Positions 30,670 through 39,245 of a DNA stretch of 59,691 nt are shown here, one piece after another; the first letter of the stretch is position 1, and each line of letters starts with the position of its first letter. Origin of the DNA: a virus (Duplodnaviria > Caudoviricetes); the IMG/VR virus record IMGVR_UViG_3300030330_003594, positions 1 to 59,691 of that record. The stretch is one strand, 5' to 3'. Both the position numbers and the translations under genes were made by a program. Under the pieces are notes generated by a model, which saw only the letters and a list, made by a program, of their open reading frames with translations, searched no databases and was not told the origin of the DNA.

Positions 30670-31245
30670 TCAGTATTCTACATGAAAAACAAAACGCAAG
30701 TTATCTGCGCTGTCAAACTCAGGGCTTGTGGCAATGCCGTCAATCGTACCCACCATAAAGACGGTATTTCCAATGTTGCTGCTTGTCAGCACCAAAGAAC
30801 TCATGTACGGAGTTTCTACCGTTGAGCTGTTGTTGACACTGACACCGATATTTCCAATGTTAGTCATCTTGTAGACGACATCACCTGAGAACCCATAATT
30901 GCCTTGGCTAATGATGCCGCTTCCAAATGAAACCGATCCGAGATACCCATTGGCCTCCATCTGAATGCCTGTCAATCCAAAAGCCTGACTCAACCCTCCC
31001 GGGGCGTGCGTTGTGTTTTGGAAGAAATGAAGGGCACACTCGTCAGAGCTTAACTGAGCTGCTGTGCTGCTAGCCCCGGCCTGATTCATCGAGATCGCCT
31101 TGCCTCCATGAATGATGCAATCCTTAGCAGGCAACTGCAACTCCACAAATGCACTCCCGCTTGAATCGACAAACAGCACGTCATCATTAACGTAGTTGGC
31201 GTTTGTGTCAACCACCACTTCTTTTATGATTGTATGGAACGGCAT
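30670..31245 (-). CDS. Paralog-array protein 4, unknown function
   Basis: LPAKDC, ECALHFFQ, NGYLG, GNTVFMVGTIDG, ends VEY. Confidence 0.8.
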   Translation of the reverse strand: MPFHTIIKEVVVDTNANYVNDDVLFVDSSGSAFVELQLPAKDCIIHGGKAISMNQAGASSTAAQLSSDECALHFFQNTTHAPGGLSQAFGLTGIQMEANGYLGSVSFGSGIISQGNYGFSGDVVYKMTNIGNIGVSVNNSSTVETPYMSSLVLTSSNIGNTVFMVGTIDGIATSPEFDSADNLRFVFHVEY

Positions 31246-31248
31246 CTG

Positions 31249-31785
31249 TTAATATTCTACACTTAATATAACTCTCATGTCGTCGGTCGCATCAAAACCA
31301 GTGTTGCCTGATGTAATAAGGTCAATAGTTCCGACCATGAAAACAGTGTTCCCTATCCTAGTGCTTGTAAGGACAAAATCGCTGAGAGGTGGGTTTTCAT
31401 GGCCTGGGTTGGGAAAATCTTCGTTACCTAGGTGGGTAAGCTGCTGCAAAACCGTAGCTCCGTCAATCCCCATTACAGCGGTGGAGACGTGTGTTTGGCT
31501 AATCTGGATCCCGCCTATGTATCCGTTTGCTTTGATCTGATCCGCCGTCAAACCAAAGACTTCATTGGCAGCGCCTGGCTGATGAGTGTTGTTTTGAAAA
31601 AAGTGAATGGCAGCCTTGTCACCGTTAAGTCTTATAGTGCTCGCTCGATTCCCCACAAAAAATCCACCGTGCAAAATACAGTCCTTTGCAGGCAACTGAA
31701 TTTCTACCATGTCAAACAAGGTGTCGTGATCTGCATACCCTGATGTAGACACAGTAACTTTTTGTACGATGTTTTTGAAAGGCAT
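31249..31785 (-). CDS. Paralog-array protein 3, unknown function
   Basis: LPAKDCILHGGF, AIHFFQ, NGYIG, GNTVFMVGTID, ends VEY. Confidence 0.8.
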   Translation of the reverse strand: MPFKNIVQKVTVSTSGYADHDTLFDMVEIQLPAKDCILHGGFFVGNRASTIRLNGDKAAIHFFQNNTHQPGAANEVFGLTADQIKANGYIGGIQISQTHVSTAVMGIDGATVLQQLTHLGNEDFPNPGHENPPLSDFVLTSTRIGNTVFMVGTIDLITSGNTGFDATDDMRVILSVEY

Positions 31786-31788
31786 GGC

Positions 31789-32310
31789 TCAGTATTCGAG
31801 TGACAATTGAATGTAACTTTTATCTGTGTCAAAGAAAGCACTTGCCGTGCCTAGTCCGTCGGCTACGCCCACCATAAAGATCGTGTTACCTGGGTTGACG
31901 CTTTTCAAAACCAAGTTCCCAAGATACCTTCTTTCGCTCGGATGATTTCTGACATTGCCTAAAGCCGTTAAGACATAGTGCTCAATGACGTCCGCTAAGC
32001 CCACAACTCCGCTAAAGCTGATTTGGGAAATCTGTACTCCGCCTAGGTATCCATTCTCTTCGATCTGAGCTGCCGTCAAGCCAAAAGCTTCATTGGCTGC
32101 TCCAGGTGCATGGGTGTTCTTTTGGAAAAAATGAATAGCGCACTCATCATTCGCCGCCCACCCATCGTTAGGGCTTACAAAGAACCCGCCATGAAGGACA
32201 CATGATTTGGCGGGAAGCTGCACCTCTACCATATCGAACAACGTATCGTTGTTCGAGTAGTTCGGTGTCGTAGAAACCGTGATGTCTTGTATGATGTTTT
32301 TGAAAGGCAT
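31789..32310 (-). CDS. Paralog-array protein 2, unknown function
   Basis: LPAKSCVLHGGF, ECAIHFFQ, NGYLG, GNTIFMVG, ends LEY. Confidence 0.8.
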   Translation of the reverse strand: MPFKNIIQDITVSTTPNYSNNDTLFDMVEVQLPAKSCVLHGGFFVSPNDGWAANDECAIHFFQKNTHAPGAANEAFGLTAAQIEENGYLGGVQISQISFSGVVGLADVIEHYVLTALGNVRNHPSERRYLGNLVLKSVNPGNTIFMVGVADGLGTASAFFDTDKSYIQLSLEY

Positions 32311-32316
32311 CGTCGA

Positions 32317-32979
32317 TCAATATTCTAAAGACAACAGTATACGAATTTGACCTTGAGCAGTGAAGTTTGGCACGTCATCGTTAGCTGATGTGGTACTAGG
32401 ATTGCTTGCCAACTCATCTATCGATGCAAAACAAAACATCTTGTTCCCTAGCTCTGTACTGGTCAAGCCCATGATCCTGTCATTGCCCTGTCTGAATCTT
32501 TGGGACGTAGAACTTGTATTCACGATGTTGTCTCCAAACGGTACCAGCTTGAAGATGCGTGGCAAATCAAATCCAACAACGTCAGGTTTGATTAGCGATA
32601 CTGGAGTTTCGCTACCAGAAGAGGCATCAAAATCGTGCTTCATGACATGGACGCTGCCCAGATAGTTGTTGGCTTTAATCATAGCCTCTTTATCTGCATT
32701 TATGTTGCCTCCGTTAGCCATCCATGTTTGAGGCGCTCCTACCGTACTTGAATGGTTTTGAAAGAAATGCAGGTTGATGTTGTTGATTTTATGAGCATCG
32801 GCCTCGCCGTCTTGACCGTAAGAATCAAGCGTTCCTGAGTCATCAAGAACAAAGCCTCCGAGAAGCACGCAGTCCTTGGCAGGCATCTGGAACTCCGTCA
32901 TGCCGAAGATGACGTGCTGTTCGACATACCCGTCCCCCGTAGCAATGAGTGGCGTTATTTCGATCTGTTCAAATGGCAC
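32317..32979 (-). CDS. Paralog-array protein 1 (GTG start), unknown function
   Basis: MPAKDCVLLGGF, LHFFQ, NNYLG, GNKMF, ends LEY. Confidence 0.8.
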   Translation of the reverse strand: MPFEQIEITPLIATGDGYVEQHVIFGMTEFQMPAKDCVLLGGFVLDDSGTLDSYGQDGEADAHKINNINLHFFQNHSSTVGAPQTWMANGGNINADKEAMIKANNYLGSVHVMKHDFDASSGSETPVSLIKPDVVGFDLPRIFKLVPFGDNIVNTSSTSQRFRQGNDRIMGLTSTELGNKMFCFASIDELASNPSTTSANDDVPNFTAQGQIRILLSLEY

Positions 32980-32989
32980 GCTCTACTCT

Positions 32990-33358
32990 TTAGCCTTTAG
33001 TGAAAAATGCATACTCCAAAACACAACTGGCTGTATCGGCTCTGGCCTCAAGCCCTACTGAATCATTGATAGGAAAGAAGCAAAACTCTCCAGGGCTCAA
33101 TCTGGCGTACTGAACACTGGCTGTAGTTTGAAGCACAACGAAGTTTGTTGTGTCCATGTTTTTAGCATAGAAATATCTAATGCCGCTAACCGCATCATCC
33201 ACAAGTTCCTGGTTATCAGCCGTCGTAATCGTTTGTCTTGTCAAGCCTTGATTCGGACCTGCTGCTGAAATGGTCAACGAGTCAGACACAGAAAAATTTA
33301 GGCTATCTGATGAAATATCAGTGCTCACAAGAGTTAGCGTAGGGGTCAGGGTTGCCAT
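32990..33358 (-). CDS. Small beta-rich putative virion protein
   Basis: First gene after the 33383 promoter; YFYAKN...LSPGEFCFFP...CVLEYA. Confidence 0.6.
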   Translation of the reverse strand: MATLTPTLTLVSTDISSDSLNFSVSDSLTISAAGPNQGLTRQTITTADNQELVDDAVSGIRYFYAKNMDTTNFVVLQTTASVQYARLSPGEFCFFPINDSVGLEARADTASCVLEYAFFTKG

Positions 33359-33382
33359 AGTTGTGGTTTGTGTACTTTACCA

Positions 33383-33390
33383 CAAATATA
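33383..33390 (-). promoter_or_regulatory. TATATTTG -7 promoter box for the array/scaffold/capsid unit
   Basis: TAnnTTTG match in the intergenic gap. Confidence 0.75.
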
Positions 33391-33402
33391 AGAATATCAA
33401 CC

Positions 33403-33756
33403 TTACCTTCTTTTCAGGCCAAATACCTTCTTCTGACTCTTCGGCGGGCGCTTCTTGCTCCCGCCTTTGCCTGACCACAAAAACCTGTTGGCCCAGTACG
33501 CAGCACTGCCCTTGCGCTTGATGTTCTTGCCGTGCCGTGACTTAAACGCACGACGTGCCTCAGGGCTGTAGTTGTGGCCCATAGACTGCGCTCCGAAACG
33601 AATGATCTCGCCTGACTCTTGTCCAGGGCCAATCGTCGATACTACGACAGCCTTTTTGGTTTTGTGATTGGGCGTCATCTTAGGAGAGTTCACCTTACGC
33701 ACCCCAGCTTTTTTAAGCTTGGATGCGATGGCTTTTCTCATTGACGACCTGTCCAT
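33403..33756 (-). CDS. Highly basic conserved viral protein
   Basis: IRFG...RRAFKSRH...SAAYWANRFLW, a pattern recurrent in aquatic viruses. Confidence 0.65.
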   Translation of the reverse strand: MDRSSMRKAIASKLKKAGVRKVNSPKMTPNHKTKKAVVVSTIGPGQESGEIIRFGAQSMGHNYSPEARRAFKSRHGKNIKRKGSAAYWANRFLWSGKGGSKKRPPKSQKKVFGLKRR

Positions 33757-33760
33757 ATTA

Positions 33761-33768
33761 CAAATATA
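33761..33768 (-). promoter_or_regulatory. TATATTTG -7 promoter box
   Basis: Only 4 nt from ATG 33756, so the mRNA is near-leaderless or the start is the later Met at 33741. Confidence 0.6.
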
Positions 33769-33993
33769 TCAAATCTCAGAGGAGTATTCCATCAGGTTGC
33801 CATGCTCCAAATCATCAAGCTTATCTGCGTCTGATATACTGTTGTCAGTATAGAACTCAACAGAAGGAATGTTGCCTGCCTTGGCCCATGCCAGAGCACC
33901 TGATTCAGTTTCAAAATACTCTTCAATACCAATCATTTTGATCACATATCCCTCAGTGATCTTATTGCCTGTGTCTGTTGCAGTCTTCGCCAT
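33769..33993 (-). CDS. Small acidic protein, possible fibre accessory
   Basis: Start reassigned to MAKTATDTG (TAATG overlap with upstream stop). Confidence 0.55.
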   Translation of the reverse strand: MAKTATDTGNKITEGYVIKMIGIEEYFETESGALAWAKAGNIPSVEFYTDNSISDADKLDDLEHGNLMEYSSEI

Positions 33994-34946
33994 TAGAAAA
34001 CAGAGTAGTGTGTGTTCATATCCGTCATAACATCGTTTTGTGTTGGAAGCGATGCAGCAGACCACATTACAACTTCTGAGAGAAATCCAGTGTATTGTGC
34101 AGCTCCATTGTCAGGTCTTCGACCTATGGCTACAAGAATATTCCCATTGTTGATGAGACCAGCCCCAGAGCTGCCAGGAAAGCCTGTATCTGTATCAGCG
34201 GTATCACCATTGACATCCAGATCTCCTGAGGCGTGGTCCAAAGATCCAACCACAAGATACTCCGTGTTGACAGCTACCTGGGCATTGGTTTGAACTCTAC
34301 CCAAGTGTTTTGATCCTGTGCCAAATCTCGCAGCAAGCCTTAGATCACTTGCAGCACCAAGAATATTCATCTGAAAAACCTGTGTAGACTGACTTGAAGT
34401 CCACTGACTGAAGATATACTGTCCAGCAGTAACAGATCTAAACTCAGCCATAAGCGACAGCATAAGCCTGTCACTGTTGTTAGTCACAAAAGTATCTTCT
34501 AACCAACGTGATGTGGAGCTGAAATAAAAGTCAAGAGCTGGTATCGAGCTGTCTGTTGTTGTAATCAAGTTCCCAGATGCATCAACGATGTAGGGCCTTG
34601 AGGCAGCAGTAGACTGCTCCATGTGATTTGAGTTTCCACTCTGATCCCACCATTTTGAAACTCGACCATAGTTGCTTCCACAGTGCGTAGTAAGAGCTGA
34701 AGTGTCCAATCCTCCAGCCGCAGTAAATCCAATATCTGCTGTTGCCCCTGATGAGTTCTCTACAGTAATTGCATAGGTGGCAGTAGAAGACAACTGCCTC
34801 AATGAATAAGCACAAACTGAGCCAGCATGATCATCTAAAAAGTAAGAGGGGACTATCCCTTTCACCTTTGCTACACCAGACTTTGTTACACCAGAAATCT
34901 TATTGATAGAGCTGTAAGTAACTCCAGAAAGTTTGCTTATGCTCAT
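33993..34946 (-). CDS. Putative receptor-binding protein with ConA/LamG-like lectin domain
   Basis: AYSLRQL, VSKWWDQSGNSNH, IGRR...YTGFLSEVVMW. Confidence 0.65.
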   Translation of the reverse strand: MSISKLSGVTYSSINKISGVTKSGVAKVKGIVPSYFLDDHAGSVCAYSLRQLSSTATYAITVENSSGATADIGFTAAGGLDTSALTTHCGSNYGRVSKWWDQSGNSNHMEQSTAASRPYIVDASGNLITTTDSSIPALDFYFSSTSRWLEDTFVTNNSDRLMLSLMAEFRSVTAGQYIFSQWTSSQSTQVFQMNILGAASDLRLAARFGTGSKHLGRVQTNAQVAVNTEYLVVGSLDHASGDLDVNGDTADTDTGFPGSSGAGLINNGNILVAIGRRPDNGAAQYTGFLSEVVMWSAASLPTQNDVMTDMNTHYSVF

Positions 34947-36394
34947 GACAACTCAACCCAGTCTTTTGATGGATCAAAGTAAATCTCTCTGTTACCCCCG
35001 TCAGTGCAGTATCCAACGATTCTAACAATGTCTGCGCTTCCAGTGGGTGCAGTTTTTGTAATCCCCGCCGCAGTGCCTGATACATACAAAACATCACCAG
35101 TTGTAAATCCTGCAAAGGATGAATGTCTTGCCAATCCTTTTACAAGAAATCTTGCGCTATCATCAAGGATGGCCAAAGCGATCATGCCTGTAGCTGAGGC
35201 TGCTGCATTTGCATTAGTCTCTTCCCACTGCTGCGACGAGTCTAAATAGTACAGCTTACCCTGCTCAATATCTCCGTCAACTCCATTGGGTCCACTTCCA
35301 AACTGCACCATATCTCCATAAAACTGACCACTGCTTGTTGGTGACGGTATTTTTCTCTGACCTGTAATCGTTAGAGTGCTGCTGGTAAATGTCAAGTCAC
35401 TTTCAGATACGATCGCACCAGTGCCATTCCCAGTAAGCACACCATTTGCACTTAGAGTCGTAGCACCTGTGCCGCCACTGCTTACAGCCAAAGTAGAAGA
35501 TAGACCCGCAGCCGTTCCCGTGGTGTTTTGATTTAGTGTAGGAACGTTGTTCGCATGGATCGTGCCAGCGCCATCAGATGTGAGGTCTACAGGTATTGCG
35601 TCAACAACCAAATCAATGGTGCCGTCACCGTCTTCGTATGTCGCCGAGATCCTGGTCTCAGTGTTGCCAGTAAACATGGCCCCAACAATGTCCTGCACCT
35701 CCTCAGTGCTAAGCTGAGTGTTGGCGGTCATGTCATCTACAACAAAGTCAATCGTACCGTCACTATCTTCATAAGTGACTGAGATGCGGGTCTCTGTATT
35801 GCCAGTAAACATGGCCCCCACAATATCTTGAACTTGTTCTGTGGTAAGCTGCGTGTCAGCGGTCATGTCATCAACCACCAGGTCAATAGTGCCGTCAGAG
35901 TCCTCGTATGTAGCAGAGATTCTAGTCTCAGTATTTCCACTGAACATAGCGCCTACGATATCTTGAACCTGTTCCGTAGTTAGCTGAGTATCAGCCGTCA
36001 TATCATTAACTACAAGGTTGATCTTTTGGCTACCGCTATCGTATGTAGAGGTGATTCGAGTATCCGTATTTGAAGTGAACATGGCGCCCACAACAGACTG
36101 AATAGATGAGTCGCTGCGACTTGATGACGGGGTTGAGGCTGTAAATGCTCCCGCCGAAGTGTCAAACGTTAGAATTTGACCATTTGTAATCCCTGAGATA
36201 CTGACATCAGTCAACTCAGCAATGCTAGTTGGAGTTATTGAACCGCCAAGATCAATGGACAAAGTGTTTTGAGGACTGACAACCTTCGTGACTACATTGG
36301 TAGACTCACTGAGAGTTAGGTTGATTTCATCAGACCCGACAACACTCGTCAGCACATTGGTGCTGCTCGTCACTGAAAGTGTCAAGTCGCTCAT
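34943..36394 (-). CDS. Fibre protein with four 45-aa repeats
   Basis: Ser/Thr/Gly-rich; TEQVQDIVGAMF...TIDLVVDDMTADTQL repeats; LAVSSGGTGATT fibre motif. Confidence 0.75.
   Translation of the reverse strand: MSDLTLSVTSSTNVLTSVVGSDEINLTLSESTNVVTKVVSPQNTLSIDLGGSITPTSIAELTDVSISGITNGQILTFDTSAGAFTASTPSSSRSDSSIQSVVGAMFTSNTDTRITSTYDSGSQKINLVVNDMTADTQLTTEQVQDIVGAMFSGNTETRISATYEDSDGTIDLVVDDMTADTQLTTEQVQDIVGAMFTGNTETRISVTYEDSDGTIDFVVDDMTANTQLSTEEVQDIVGAMFTGNTETRISATYEDGDGTIDLVVDAIPVDLTSDGAGTIHANNVPTLNQNTTGTAAGLSSTLAVSSGGTGATTLSANGVLTGNGTGAIVSESDLTFTSSTLTITGQRKIPSPTSSGQFYGDMVQFGSGPNGVDGDIEQGKLYYLDSSQQWEETNANAAASATGMIALAILDDSARFLVKGLARHSSFAGFTTGDVLYVSGTAAGITKTAPTGSADIVRIVGYCTDGGNREIYFDPSKDWVELS
35600..36110 (-). 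repeat. Tandem 135-bp coding repeat, about 4 copies
   Basis: AACATGGCCCC recurs at 35673 and 35808 (135-bp period); synonymous divergence between units. Confidence 0.9.
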
Positions 36395-36753
36395 GATGAT
36401 CCATCAGTAACGTCTTCGACAATCGTGAGAACACCAGTCAACCAGGTTTGGACGACGCCGCCTTTGGTGGTTTCTAAATCATAAACGTACAGTCCAGCGT
36501 CCTTTTCCATAGTGGCGGCGGGTATCGTGATGGTAAGAACTCCCCCTGCGGTGCCGCTTTTTGTGATATCAGTGTTAGCCACCCTTGAAGTGGCAGATAC
36601 ATCAGTGTCTCTTATCTCCATCTTGAAAGTGTAAGTGGACAGATCGACGGCATTACCAGAAGAGTCAGAGACATTGATTACCAAGTTGAACGTATCACCC
36701 TTGCGACAGGTGATGTCCAACCGTTGAGCTACATCGAGGCTTACCTTACTCAT
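36391..36753 (-). CDS. BppU-N-like fibre attachment protein
   Basis: LDITCRKGDTF...VDLSTYTFKMEIR...GLYVYDLE. Confidence 0.65.
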   Translation of the reverse strand: MSKVSLDVAQRLDITCRKGDTFNLVINVSDSSGNAVDLSTYTFKMEIRDTDVSATSRVANTDITKSGTAGGVLTITIPAATMEKDAGLYVYDLETTKGGVVQTWLTGVLTIVEDVTDGSS

Positions 36754-36754
36754 A

Positions 36755-39208
36755 TCAAATCAGGTCTTCTAAAAATTTCTCCAAGCCCTCGTCCTTTTCT
36801 TGGACTTCTGGTAAGCGAGGGATCTCACCTTTTCTTTGAGAGATAAGCTTGGACTGCTCAGCAGCCTGACGTGCAATCCTTTCGTCTTTGCCCGACTCCT
36901 TCATCGTCTCAATCTTTTCTCTGAACTCCTGATCGCTGGCACGGGCACCGAGGACAGCTTGGGCTTTGATCTGCTCAATCTCTTTCCTCATCTGATGCAT
37001 GGCCGCCGCCACCTGCACATCGACCTGAGCCTTGAGCTGCATCTTCTGCGCATCGATCTGAGCTTCCATCTGCATCTCTTGCATCTTCGCTTGTGAAGCG
37101 GCCTGCGAAGCCTGGGCGTTGGCTTGAGCCTGAGCTTGCATGTTCTGCTGAGCAAGCTGCTGCTGCTGAGCAATACGTCTCTTGCGACGTACCACCAACA
37201 GCCTCTCCGCTTGGTCGATATCCTTGAGCTGCCTCACGGCCATAGCGTCCTCCAAGTCGATTTCTTTCTGAGCCAAAGACGATTGGATGTTTTGCTCCAG
37301 GAAGATGCGATCCTCGTCAGACATAGACTTGATGACCTGGATGCCAAAGTTGTACATGGGCAAGTCCTTGAATGAACTCAACACCTCCATGTTGTACTTG
37401 CCAATCGCTTTCTCGTAGGTGCGGTACAAGACAGACTTCTCTGGGATGATCTGCAAGCACCTGACAATATCCTGACAAACACGTCTGTACAATACAAGCG
37501 ACGCATTTGTAATGTCGTACAAAGCGTTGTTGCCCGCAGCCAAAGCTTGTTGCTGAACACCCACCAAAGCATCGCCCTTGGGGGTCGATGCATCCATCAC
37601 CTCATTGACACCCGTGGCATCACGAATCATTCTCAGGTAATGATTGTACAGCGTGATGAACGAATTGATATTTCTGATCTGGTTCTCGATAGATCGAATC
37701 GGTGGGTTCTGGAAGCCGCCCTCAGGATTCTTCGAACGGTAATACATGATACCCGTCTGCTCGTAAATGTCTTGCAGCTCCAGAGGGCTCAAGTCACCAC
37801 CACGGCCAAGCTGCACATTCTCCAGCCCTTCGATGTCAATAATCAATCCGTCAGGCTTGGCCTTGGCCACAGCCTGCTGGATCTTGCAGTGCGTAAGCTG
37901 CAACTGATCGGCAAAGCCCGTGATGCCACCCACCAATGATTTGGGGATCATGCGGCGGATGTTTGTGCAGGCGATGCTGTACGAAAGCTCGGCACGGGAG
38001 ATGTCGTGAACATTCTTGGGAATGTTCTTCATCCGTCCGTAGTTGAAAATCTTTTTGCTATCAATGATGTAACAACCTCCATACAAGGTCTCCACATCCA
38101 TCTTGTATGGCTTGCGGTCGTACACCGACTCGGTGGCAGGCTTGAAAGCCATACCCTTGTAGTAGAATCCGACATTGCCGAAGCGTGACTCCTTGCTTTC
38201 GTAGTATACGCAGTCCACAGACTTGAACTCAAAGTCCAAGACCTCAATCAAGTAGTCGTCATAGCCATAGGTCTGCTTGCGCCCTGCACGGTCGTAGCCA
38301 CCGCCCGTCATAAACTTGCCCTTGTCGTTGTAGCTCTTGTGCATGACCTTCCTGGCCAACTCCTCGTATTCCTTTTCTGTAAATTCATCACCCGCCATAC
38401 GCTTCAAGTCCATGATCGACATGCGCTTGATGTGGCCCGCATACACGATATCATTCATGTGGGGGTCTTCGGTGTAGCTGTGCAAGAACATGGCAGGATC
38501 GACGTACTCCGTCGTGATGCCGTAGTTCGGGTCGTTCTTTCTTTTGGTAACACCCATACCCACCTCTACCAGATCCTGCACACAGCGGCGGTATATGTTT
38601 TGGTCGAAGCTGTTCCAGTCCAGCGTCAATGACGTGGCCATCTGCGCAGCGATCTCGGCGTTGGTCTTGATGTTCTGATCCAAAAAGATTTCAGCCTCCT
38701 CAGTCGTATCGGGGACTGTGTCTGGATCGACCTTGGTGTTTAGGCCCAAAGCCTTCGCCTCTTGAAACGCTTGCTTGTTTTCAATCGTGATTTCGATCTC
38801 CTGCCTCTTGGTCTCCTTCTCCTGGCGTGACACAGGGTCGATGGCCTCTACAGATGGATACGGCTTGCGAGAAAGAATCCTGTTGACGACGACCTTGACG
38901 AACTTGGGGATGATAGGGACGGGTGACCAATCGATATTCAACAGTGTGCCATCGCCGTTGTTGGGGTCAAGGCTGTTGAGGATCTGCTTGTAGATAGAGG
39001 TGTCCTGTGTGCCGTTGGCGTAGTCCCGATTCTTTTCAAACTCGTAGAAACGTCTGTTCAAAAGAGATGACGAATCCTGGTAGGTACCCCACTGCCCCAT
39101 GATAGCGTTTGCAAAGGCTTGCCCATACGACTTACTTTCCTTGACTTTTGGCTCCGCAAATGGATCGGGGAAGTTGCCGTATACGCCTTTGTTGTCGCTA
39201 TAGTTCAT
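36755..39208 (-). CDS. Portal protein
   Basis: 817 aa after terminase; NIDWSPVPIIPKFV, IRDATGVNE; Gln-rich C-terminal helical barrel. Confidence 0.85.
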   Translation of the reverse strand: MNYSDNKGVYGNFPDPFAEPKVKESKSYGQAFANAIMGQWGTYQDSSSLLNRRFYEFEKNRDYANGTQDTSIYKQILNSLDPNNGDGTLLNIDWSPVPIIPKFVKVVVNRILSRKPYPSVEAIDPVSRQEKETKRQEIEITIENKQAFQEAKALGLNTKVDPDTVPDTTEEAEIFLDQNIKTNAEIAAQMATSLTLDWNSFDQNIYRRCVQDLVEVGMGVTKRKNDPNYGITTEYVDPAMFLHSYTEDPHMNDIVYAGHIKRMSIMDLKRMAGDEFTEKEYEELARKVMHKSYNDKGKFMTGGGYDRAGRKQTYGYDDYLIEVLDFEFKSVDCVYYESKESRFGNVGFYYKGMAFKPATESVYDRKPYKMDVETLYGGCYIIDSKKIFNYGRMKNIPKNVHDISRAELSYSIACTNIRRMIPKSLVGGITGFADQLQLTHCKIQQAVAKAKPDGLIIDIEGLENVQLGRGGDLSPLELQDIYEQTGIMYYRSKNPEGGFQNPPIRSIENQIRNINSFITLYNHYLRMIRDATGVNEVMDASTPKGDALVGVQQQALAAGNNALYDITNASLVLYRRVCQDIVRCLQIIPEKSVLYRTYEKAIGKYNMEVLSSFKDLPMYNFGIQVIKSMSDEDRIFLEQNIQSSLAQKEIDLEDAMAVRQLKDIDQAERLLVVRRKRRIAQQQQLAQQNMQAQAQANAQASQAASQAKMQEMQMEAQIDAQKMQLKAQVDVQVAAAMHQMRKEIEQIKAQAVLGARASDQEFREKIETMKESGKDERIARQAAEQSKLISQRKGEIPRLPEVQEKDEGLEKFLEDLI

Positions 39209-39230
39209 TACAACATTATTGTGCTATTTG

Positions 39231-39238
39231 CAAATATA
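39231..39238 (-). promoter_or_regulatory. TATATTTG -7 promoter box for portal
   Basis: TAnnTTTG in the terL-portal gap. Confidence 0.75.
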
Positions 39239-39245
39239 ACAATTT

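Noticed and set aside
30105-32979. Diversity-generating retroelement or shufflon behind the paralog array
   Set aside because: No reverse transcriptase or recombinase, no adenine-specific template/variable pair, no inverted cassettes
35600-36110. CRISPR-like array
   Set aside because: In-frame 135-bp coding repeats with no spacers and no cas genes
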